NCBI GenBank assembly: GCA_937996725.1 | Contig: CALKUR010000117.1 | Location: forward strand, 1 to 60,567 | Reading direction: 5' to 3' | Source: an uncultured Dechloromonas sp. | GTDB lineage: Bacteria; Pseudomonadota; Gammaproteobacteria; Burkholderiales; Rhodocyclaceae | Length of the DNA stretch: 60,567 nt | In this document: positions 53,399 through 60,567 of the stretch, piece by piece | Position numbering within the stretch: the first letter of the stretch is position 1 | Layout of the letters: each line of letters starts with the position of its first letter | The notes under the pieces: generated by a model | What the model saw: only the letters and a program-made list of their open reading frames with translations | Database searches by the model: none | Told to the model about the DNA's origin: nothing | Translations under genes and position numbers: made by a program

Positions 53399-54274
53399 AT
53401 GATTGCCAGCATGACCGGTTTCGCCAACGTGACTCGCCCCATTGCCGGGAGTAACGTCGGTGGCACCCTCACCTTCGAGATCAAGAGCGTGAACTCGCGT
53501 TTTCTGGATCTGAGCTTTCGCTTTCCCGACGAGCTTCGGGCATTGGAGATGCCGCTGCGCGAATTGCTGGGCAAGGAACTTGCCCGCGGCAAAGTCGAAT
53601 GTCGTGCCGGCTGGGCGCTCAAAGCGGGCGATGCGATAGAAACGTTGGATGCCGAGCGGTTGCAACGTTTGCTGCAGCTCGCCCAGGAGGTGCAGGGCTT
53701 CTTTGCCGATAGCCGGGGTTTGAGCACGGCGGATGTCTTGCGCTGGCCCGGTGTGGTGCAATCTGCCGAGCTGGATTGGGCCACATTGTTGCCGGAGTTT
53801 CAGGCGATGGCGGCTGAGGCGATTAAGGCGCTCAAAGTCGTCCGCGACCGCGAGGGTGCTCGATTGGCGGAACTAATCAAAACGCGCACGACAACCATGC
53901 GCGCGCTGGTTGCGCGTGCCGAGCCGCTAGTTCCGGCCGCGCAGCAGGCCTTCGCCGACAAAGCCCGTGCCAAGCTGATCGAAGTGGTGGGCAGCGCCGA
54001 AGATGAGCGAATCCGGCAAGAATTGACGCTCTATGCAGTGCGTACGGACGTTGCCGAGGAGTTGGGACGTCTGAAAGTTCATCTGGACGAGGTTGATCGG
54101 GTCGTTTCGACACCGGGCCAGGCCGGTAAGCGGCTAGACTTTCTGATGCAGGAGCTGAACCGCGAAGCAAATACCCTGGGCTCTAAGTCGGTCAGCACAG
54201 ATGTTTCGGCGATTGCCATGGAACTTAAGCTGCTGGTCGAACAGATTCGCGAACAAGTGCAGAATATCGAATAA
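53399..54274 (+). CDS. yicC: YicC/YloC family endoribonuclease
   Basis: SMTGF, KSVNSRFLD, RGKVE, GKRLDFLMQELNREANTLGSK, REQVQNIE. Confidence 0.96.
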   Translation: MIASMTGFANVTRPIAGSNVGGTLTFEIKSVNSRFLDLSFRFPDELRALEMPLRELLGKELARGKVECRAGWALKAGDAIETLDAERLQRLLQLAQEVQGFFADSRGLSTADVLRWPGVVQSAELDWATLLPEFQAMAAEAIKALKVVRDREGARLAELIKTRTTTMRALVARAEPLVPAAQQAFADKARAKLIEVVGSAEDERIRQELTLYAVRTDVAEELGRLKVHLDEVDRVVSTPGQAGKRLDFLMQELNREANTLGSKSVSTDVSAIAMELKLLVEQIREQVQNIE

Positions 54275-54301
54275 TCAATCTACGCCACATCCATTCAGCC
54301 C

Positions 54302-54949
54302 ATGATCCAGCATTCTTCAACGCCTCGTATCGGCCCCGGTAGCCTATTCGTCATTGCCGCTCCCTCGGGTGCCGGTAAGACAACGCTGACCCGTATGGCG
54401 CTGGCGCAAAATCCGCATCTGGCCCTATCCATTTCCACGACGACCCGACCCCCGCGCCCAGGTGAGCAGGATGGCGTGCATTACCACTTTGTATCCGTCG
54501 AGACTTTTAAGCAGATGCAGGCGGTGGGTGAGTTTCTGGAATCAGCCGAGGTGCATGGCAATTTTTACGGCACGACCCGAAGCGGCATTGAAGCCTTGCT
54601 CCGCGAGGACCGCGATGTGATTCTGGAAATCGACTGGCAGGGTGCTCAGCAAATTCGCCAGATTTACCCTGAGTCGGTGGGGGTATTTATCGTGCCACCG
54701 TCATTTGCTGTTCTGGAGCAGCGATTGCAGGGCCGCGGCCAGGATTCGGCCGATGTTATTGCCCGCCGTGTGGCTAATGCCCGTGAGGAATTGCAGCATC
54801 TGGACGAGTTTCCCTACGTTATAATTAACGAAAACCTGGATGAAGCCCTTGCCGAGTTGCTGGCTGTATTTGCGGCCGCCCGTGTGCGTCTGGATAATCA
54901 GATCCAACGGACACAGTCGTTGATGGCTTCTTACCTAAATCGCTCTTAA
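54302..54949 (+). CDS. gmk: Guanylate kinase
   Basis: APSGAGKTT, TTRPPRPGE, LEIDWQGA. Confidence 0.98.
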   Translation: MIQHSSTPRIGPGSLFVIAAPSGAGKTTLTRMALAQNPHLALSISTTTRPPRPGEQDGVHYHFVSVETFKQMQAVGEFLESAEVHGNFYGTTRSGIEALLREDRDVILEIDWQGAQQIRQIYPESVGVFIVPPSFAVLEQRLQGRGQDSADVIARRVANAREELQHLDEFPYVIINENLDEALAELLAVFAAARVRLDNQIQRTQSLMASYLNRS

Positions 54950-54964
54950 GAACGGAAGTGCATC

Positions 54965-55171
54965 ATGGCTCGTATTACAGTTGAAGATTGCCTGAAGAGA
55001 ATCCCGAATCGTTTCCAGATGACGCTGGCAGCGACGTACCGTGCGCGTCAGTTGGCTAACGGTGCCACACCGCAGGTTGAAGTTGATCTCGATAAACCGA
55101 CCGTAGTCGCGCTGCGTGAAATCGGTGAAGGTCTGGTCGGTGTGGAAGTGTTGAATCGTCCGCAGGCCTGA
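54965..55171 (+). CDS. rpoZ: RNA polymerase omega subunit
   Basis: [30 protein letters not shown]. Confidence 0.98.
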   Translation: MARITVEDCLKRIPNRFQMTLAATYRARQLANGATPQVEVDLDKPTVVALREIGEGLVGVEVLNRPQA

Positions 55172-55209
55172 AACACCGCTGATGAATCGGACGGGAGCAG
55201 GGGCCTACG

Positions 55210-57411
55210 ATGAATACGGAAGCCCGTGTGCCGGTAAGCTCGGACGTTCCCGCTGATCAGCCCCCGGCCCTTGGGCCGGACGACCCGGCGTACCGGGTAT
55301 TTATAGATAGTTTGGATTACCTCCCCGCCCCGGATTTGGCGCGGGTTGAGGAGGCGTTTGCTTTTAGCGAAAGCTGCCACCGTGGCCAAAAACGGATTTC
55401 CGGTGAGGCGTACATCACACACCCCTTGGCGGTTGCCGGTGCGTTGGCCGAGTGGAAGATGGATGCGGTGGCCATTATGGCGGCACTGCTCCACGATACG
55501 ATTGAAGACACAGGGGCCACAAAGGAAGAGCTGACGACGCGTTTTGGTAAACCGGTCGCTAACCTGGTGGAAGGTTTGTCTAAGCTCGATCGACTCGAGT
55601 TTGCGAGTCAGCATGAAGCGCAAGCCGAAAACTTTCGTAAGATGTTGCTGGCCATGGCGCGCGATATTCGCGTCATTCTGATTAAGCTGACGGATCGTTT
55701 GCACAACATGCAGACACTGGGTGCCATGCGGCCAGATAAACGCCGTCGCATTGCCCGTGAAACGCTAGAGATCTACGCGCCAATCGCTAACCGTCTGGGT
55801 TTGAACACGCTTTTTAGAGAGCTACAGGATCTAGCATTCAAGAGCATTTACCCGCACCGCTACGATGTGCTGGAACGGACCGTGAAATCGGTTCGTGGCA
55901 ACCGCAAAGAAATGGTTCAGAAGATCCTGAACAGTCTTTCGGAAAAGTTGGTCCAGGCCGGCGTTCGTGCAGAAGTTTTTGGTCGCCAGAAAACGTTGTA
56001 TTCGATTTATCGCAAGATGATCGAGAAACATTTGTCGTTTTCCCAGGTGCTCGATATTTACGGTTTCCGGATTATTGTCGAGAATGACGCTGAGTGTTAC
56101 TTGGCGCTCGGTGCATTGCATGCGTTGTATAAACCTCTGCCGGGTAAGTTCAAGGACTATCTCGCCATTCCCAAGGTTAATGGCTATCAGTCGTTGCACA
56201 CAACCTTGATTGGTCCATACGGTACGCCGATAGAAATCCAGATCCGAACACGAGATCAGCACCGGCTGGCACAGGAGGGCGTCGCCTCTCACTGGTTGTA
56301 TAAAGAAACCGGTAAGTTTTCCGACGACCTGCACGACAAAACCACCAAGTGGTTGGAGTCTCTGGTCGAGATGCAGTCCATGAGTGGTGACTCCTCTGAG
56401 TTTTACGAACTCGCCAAGGTGGATCTGTTCCCGGATGAGGTGTTTGTATTCACGCCGAAGGGTAAGATCTTGACGCTGCCTAGTGGCTCGACGGCGGTGG
56501 ATTTTGCTTATGCCGTGCATACGGATATTGGCAACCGCTGCGTTGCTGCCAGAATTAATCGCGATTTCGCACCTTTGCGTACAGAGCTACAAAATGGTGA
56601 CCAGGTAGAAATCATCACTGCCGTTATTCCGAATCCGAACCCGGCTTGGTTGAAGTTCGTTCGTTCGGGTCGTACCCGCAGCAAAATCCGACACTTTCTG
56701 CGTACCGCACATCATGAGTCTTCTGCAGCGCTTGGAAAACGGCTGCTCAGTGGTGAGTTAGCGCGATATGGTCAACGGCTTCAGGACGTGCCGCAAGCCG
56801 AATGGGGCCGCGTGTTGTCAGAGTCGGGTGCGCAAGCGGAAGGCCAGATACTCAGTCAGATCGGTACCGGGCAGCGCCCAGCAACGGATGTGGCCGTGGA
56901 ACTTCTCGGGTTGGATCCCGCGCAGGCGTTGCCCACGAGCGCCAGGGCACCGGTCATGATTAACGGAGCCGAAGGCATGGCCGTACATCTGTCGACCTGC
57001 TGCCAACCGATTCCCGGCGATCCGATCGTGGGCTCCCTCGATGCCAAGCGTGGTCTAATCGTACACACTCACGATTGCCTGAGAATTCGTCGGCAACTCG
57101 GCCACGATGCACAGAAGTGGGTTGACGTGGAATGGGCGCCGGAAATTACTGGCCAGTTCGATGTTCGTATTCGTGTGGAGATCCGCAATCAACGCGGTGT
57201 GCTGGCAAAGATTTCGTCGGCGATCGCTGAAGCAGAATCGGACATCGTTCATATCAGTATGGATGACATGGGCGGGATGTACACGACCTTGTTCTTTACG
57301 TTACAGGTTCGAGACCGCAAGCATTTGGCCAGAGTGATGCGCAACATCCGCCACTTGCCCGAAGTTTCCCGGATTGCGCGTATTCGCGAGAGCGAGGAGA
57401 AGCCGTTATGA
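55210..57411 (+). CDS. spoT: Bifunctional (p)ppGpp synthetase/hydrolase
   Basis: HD motif ALLHDTIED, KLTDRLHNM, NGYQSLHT, TGS and ACT domains. Confidence 0.97.
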   Translation: MNTEARVPVSSDVPADQPPALGPDDPAYRVFIDSLDYLPAPDLARVEEAFAFSESCHRGQKRISGEAYITHPLAVAGALAEWKMDAVAIMAALLHDTIEDTGATKEELTTRFGKPVANLVEGLSKLDRLEFASQHEAQAENFRKMLLAMARDIRVILIKLTDRLHNMQTLGAMRPDKRRRIARETLEIYAPIANRLGLNTLFRELQDLAFKSIYPHRYDVLERTVKSVRGNRKEMVQKILNSLSEKLVQAGVRAEVFGRQKTLYSIYRKMIEKHLSFSQVLDIYGFRIIVENDAECYLALGALHALYKPLPGKFKDYLAIPKVNGYQSLHTTLIGPYGTPIEIQIRTRDQHRLAQEGVASHWLYKETGKFSDDLHDKTTKWLESLVEMQSMSGDSSEFYELAKVDLFPDEVFVFTPKGKILTLPSGSTAVDFAYAVHTDIGNRCVAARINRDFAPLRTELQNGDQVEIITAVIPNPNPAWLKFVRSGRTRSKIRHFLRTAHHESSAALGKRLLSGELARYGQRLQDVPQAEWGRVLSESGAQAEGQILSQIGTGQRPATDVAVELLGLDPAQALPTSARAPVMINGAEGMAVHLSTCCQPIPGDPIVGSLDAKRGLIVHTHDCLRIRRQLGHDAQKWVDVEWAPEITGQFDVRIRVEIRNQRGVLAKISSAIAEAESDIVHISMDDMGGMYTTLFFTLQVRDRKHLARVMRNIRHLPEVSRIARIRESEEKPL

Positions 57412-58658
57412 AAGTATTGGTCATCGGTGCGGGTGTTATCGGCACAACAACGGCTTGGTATTTGTCCGAGGCGGGTCATGAGGTCACGGTTGTCGATCGG
57501 CAACCCGGTGCCGGGCAGGAAACCAGTTTTGCCAATGGCGGCCAGATTTCTGTCTCACATGCAGAACCTTGGGCAAATCCGGGTGCGATTCGTAAAGTCT
57601 TCGGCTGGCTTGGCAAGGAAGATGCGCCGCTGTTATTTCGCTGGCGTATGGACCCGGAACTGTTCCGCTGGGGTTTGCAGTTTTTGCGCGAGTGTTCTGC
57701 TAGCAGAACAAAGCAAAATATCCGCGCGATCGTTGCCTTAGCCAGCTATAGCCGCCGGAGCTTGATTGAGCTACGCGCAAAGACAGGGATGTCTTATGAT
57801 CAGTTGACCCAAGGTATTTTGCACTTCTACACCGATCAGCGTGAGTTTGAAGGTGCAGCCATGGCTGCCGAAGTGATGCGCGATTTTGGTCTAGATCGGA
57901 GCCAGGTCGACGCTGCCGAGTGTGTACGGATCGAACCAGCATTGGCCGATGCAAGATCGATGATTGTGGGCGGCCACTACACCCCGTCCGACGAGTCGGG
58001 TGATGCCCACCTGTTTACGCGGCGCCTTGCCGAGTTAGCGACGCAACGTGGTGTGCGTTTTGAGTACGGTACGCCGATCGTACGGTTGCGTGGTGCTGCG
58101 GACCGCATCGAATATGCCGAACGTTACAACGGTGAAAGGCTTCAGGCGGATGCTTATGTGGTTGCCTGCGGTAGTTTCAGTAATACGTTGGTCAATCCCT
58201 TGGGTATCCGTCTACCGATCTATCCGGCCAAAGGTTATTCGGCGACCCTCACCTTACAAGACGGCGAGAATTTCGCACCGTCCGTTAGCCTGACCGATGA
58301 TGGTCACAAGCTGGTGTTTTCACGCCTAGGTAACCGTCTGCGTATTGCCGGCACCGCGGAAATGAATGGTTACGGTATGGGTCTGAATCAGGTCCGTTGC
58401 GAAGCGATTACCGCCCGTACGCACGAGATCTTTCCACATCTAAGAACGGTTGGTGAACCGATTTACTGGACCGGATTGCGACCCGCGACCCCATCGAACG
58501 TCCCAATCGTCGGCGCATCGCGTTTGAAAAACCTGTATCTCAATACTGGGCATGGCACTCTCGGGTGGACCATGTCTTGCGGTTCCAGCCGGGCGCTGGC
58601 AGACATCATTTCGGGCCAACGACCGGAAGTCGACTTTCCGTTTGCCTATCGTTACTGA
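57408..58658 (+). CDS. dadA: D-amino acid dehydrogenase
   Basis: GAGVIG, ETSFANGGQ, YPAKGYS, WTGLRP, NTGHGTLGWT. Confidence 0.93.
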   Translation: MKVLVIGAGVIGTTTAWYLSEAGHEVTVVDRQPGAGQETSFANGGQISVSHAEPWANPGAIRKVFGWLGKEDAPLLFRWRMDPELFRWGLQFLRECSASRTKQNIRAIVALASYSRRSLIELRAKTGMSYDQLTQGILHFYTDQREFEGAAMAAEVMRDFGLDRSQVDAAECVRIEPALADARSMIVGGHYTPSDESGDAHLFTRRLAELATQRGVRFEYGTPIVRLRGAADRIEYAERYNGERLQADAYVVACGSFSNTLVNPLGIRLPIYPAKGYSATLTLQDGENFAPSVSLTDDGHKLVFSRLGNRLRIAGTAEMNGYGMGLNQVRCEAITARTHEIFPHLRTVGEPIYWTGLRPATPSNVPIVGASRLKNLYLNTGHGTLGWTMSCGSSRALADIISGQRPEVDFPFAYRY

Positions 58659-59509
58659 TGGAGGCTGTTTCTTTGCGTTGGGTCGATACCCACGTGCATT
58701 GGGATGCGTCAGAGTTTGAGCTGGATCGGGAACAAGTCCTCATTCGGGCGAAACGGGCAGGCGTGCATGGCTGCTTTAACCCATCGATCAATGTCGAAAG
58801 CTTCGCTGCCGTCAACGCCATCGCTATAGCATCACAGACCCGTAGCGATTGGCCAGTGGTATTGCCGGCTTATGGCATTCATCCTTTGTATGTTGAGCAA
58901 GCCACCGATGCTGACTTAGAAGCGCTTGATCGGCAGCTTACGGCGCATCGTCCTATTGCCGTGGGAGAGATCGGGTTGGATGGCTTTACAGGTGCGCCCG
59001 ATATGGTGCTACAGCGCCGCTGGTTCGAAGCGCAGTTGGTCCTAGCGGCAAAACACAACTTACCTGTACTGCTTCATGTGCGCCATGCCGTGGAAGAAGT
59101 GATTCACGCATTAAAGCGCGTCCAAGGTAAACAGCAAGTGATACCCGGCGGTATTGCGCATGCCTTCAATGGTAGCGAGAGCCAAGCTGATCAACTGATT
59201 CGCATGGGCTTTCAATTAGGTTTTGGCGGCAGCATGACCTACGAGGGTTCGACAAGAATCCGTCGGCTGGCGGCACAAATGCCCTTGAGCCACATTGTTC
59301 TGGAAACCGATGCGCCCGATATGGCGGCAGCCTGGTTGCAACGGACGCGCAACGAATCGGCAGAACTGCCCAAGATCGCAAAAATTATGGCCGATTTGCG
59401 CGGCATTTCCCTAAGCGAATTAGCAGAAGCCACGTACAACAATGCGCAAAAAGTCATAGCCAGCGCCGGTTTGGCGGGCCTTGATGGTGCGCGCGCACAC
59501 TTAACGTGA
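58658..59509 (+). CDS. TatD-family hydrolase/DNase
   Basis: DTHVH, GIHP, VGEIGLD, HAFNGS, ETDAPD; ATG overlaps the dadA stop. Confidence 0.93.
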   Translation: MEAVSLRWVDTHVHWDASEFELDREQVLIRAKRAGVHGCFNPSINVESFAAVNAIAIASQTRSDWPVVLPAYGIHPLYVEQATDADLEALDRQLTAHRPIAVGEIGLDGFTGAPDMVLQRRWFEAQLVLAAKHNLPVLLHVRHAVEEVIHALKRVQGKQQVIPGGIAHAFNGSESQADQLIRMGFQLGFGGSMTYEGSTRIRRLAAQMPLSHIVLETDAPDMAAAWLQRTRNESAELPKIAKIMADLRGISLSELAEATYNNAQKVIASAGLAGLDGARAHLT

Positions 59510-59771
59510 TTCTCAGAAAAGATCGTTAATTACTTGCGATCACAGGACTTTTTTGCTGGCTAGTTTGGGGAATTAACAAAACCACATCGTCTTGATGCGT
59601 AGATGCACCATCCTGAAACCCACTAGTGGTGGGCATTACAGCTTCCTTACAACAAAAAAATTTATGTTGAGACTTGTAAAACCCGCAGAAAGTCAGGGCA
59701 TAATGGCTACACGGAACTAATGAAGCAACGTTAGTTCTACCGATTTTTGTAAACACTTGGGAGACACCCTC

Positions 59772-60053
59772 ATGAATAAAGCTGAACTGATTGAAGTAAT
59801 CGCCAAAGACGCCAAGCTGAGCAAAGCTGCTGCTCAAGCTGCTCTCGACGCCACGGTCGCTGCTGTTGTTAAGGCCGTGACTAAGGGTGACTCGGTGAGC
59901 CTGGTGGGCTTCGGTTCGTTCTCGAGCGGCAAGCGCGCTGCTCGTACCGGTCGCAACCCGCAAACCGGCGAAACCATCAAGATCGCTGCTGCCAAGACCG
60001 TTAAGTTCTCGGCTGGCAAGGCATTCAAGGATGCCGTGAACAAGCGCAAGTAA
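59772..60053 (+). CDS. hup: DNA-binding protein HU
   Basis: [42 protein letters not shown]. Confidence 0.98.
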   Translation: MNKAELIEVIAKDAKLSKAAAQAALDATVAAVVKAVTKGDSVSLVGFGSFSSGKRAARTGRNPQTGETIKIAAAKTVKFSAGKAFKDAVNKRK

Positions 60054-60067
60054 TCGCGTTTCGTTCA

Positions 60068-60101
60068 AAAGAAAAAGCCCGCTTCGGCGGGCTTTTTCTT
60101 T
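60068..60101. terminator. Intrinsic terminator after hup
   Basis: AAAGAAAAAGCCCGC-TTCG-GCGGGCTTTTTCTTT. Confidence 0.92.
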
Positions 60102-60199
60102 GGTGCGTTCGCATACGCAGGGGTTAGCCTATCCTTCTCGAACTAGTTAGTGCCTATTTGGATAAGAAAATATCGAGCGCGTGTAAAAATAGCGTCACT

Positions 60200-60567
60200 A
60201 TGAAAAAAGTAGCAATCCTATTGTTAGGTTCTCTTGCAATAAATGTGCTTGCTACGGCAGGGACAAACCAGCCATCTCCTGAAACATACATTGTTTCAAC
60301 TCAAGTGTACTTCTCACCAAGTGGTGGGTCTCAGGAAGCTGTGGTTAGAGAGATCAATAACGCAAAGAAGAGCATCTTTGTTCAAGCCTATAGCTTTACT
60401 AATCAGCCAATCGCCAAGGCGCTAGTTGCAGCCCAGAAGCGGGGTGTATCGGTTTATATGATTCTGGACAAGAGTAACCAGACAGCCAAATACAGCGCAG
60501 CAGACTTTACTGACCATTTTGGCGTTGATACCTACATTGATGATAAGCACGCCATCGCACACAACAA
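60200..60567 (+). CDS. Secreted phospholipase D-family nuclease (Nuc-like), 3'-truncated by the window edge; absent from the ORF track
   Basis: Manual translation MKKVAILLLGSLAINVLATA...VYFSPSGG...INNAKKSIFVQAYSFTNQPIAKALVAAQKRGVSVYMILDKSN...AIAHN(K), ending at the start of the HxK motif. Confidence 0.88.
   Translation, partial: MKKVAILLLGSLAINVLATAGTNQPSPETYIVSTQVYFSPSGGSQEAVVREINNAKKSIFVQAYSFTNQPIAKALVAAQKRGVSVYMILDKSNQTAKYSAADFTDHFGVDTYIDDKHAIAHN

Noticed and set aside
59526-60068. 180-aa minus-strand ORF over hup
   Set aside because: Antisense shadow of the HU gene.

Overview
Densely packed, almost entirely core chromosome of a betaproteobacterium. Gene content and synteny look Rhodocyclales-like, and the compact intergenic regions suggest a streamlined genome (both are inferences). 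Gene order: 5'-truncated mnmG-rsmG-parA-parB-atpIBEFHAGDC; reverse-strand tsaP-like-dprA-smg-topB-DUF971-ubiE-ubiJ; def-fmt-htpX; an antisense S1/P1 nuclease; rsmB-DUF4390-ntrY/ntrX-like-hemE-priA; ROK kinase, can, DUF1840; metH under a SAM-II riboswitch; a stand-alone rfaH-like gene; M20 amidohydrolase; rapZ-NusG_II-Gx; mutY; an accessory block (flavin reductase, FeS-type cryptochrome/photolyase, lipocalin, SHP/diheme cytochrome c/cytochrome b with a QseBC-like pair, MASE1-like protein) beside tRNA-Gly(CCC); thiS-thiG-hypothetical-trmB; hemW-rdgB-rph; yicC-gmk-rpoZ-spoT-dadA-tatD; HU; and the start of an AT-rich, secreted PLD-family nuclease gene. No CRISPR array, IS element, integrase or prophage was seen, and I found no clear-cut new system. 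The best signals are non-coding or compositional: a three-DnaA-box plus IHF-like cluster upstream of priA, an abrupt composition switch inside mnmG, a SAM-II aptamer with a readable terminator/antiterminator, a TsaP-like protein without LysM, and a topB promoter embedded in an inverted repeat. All family calls come from motif recognition by eye; no database searches were run.
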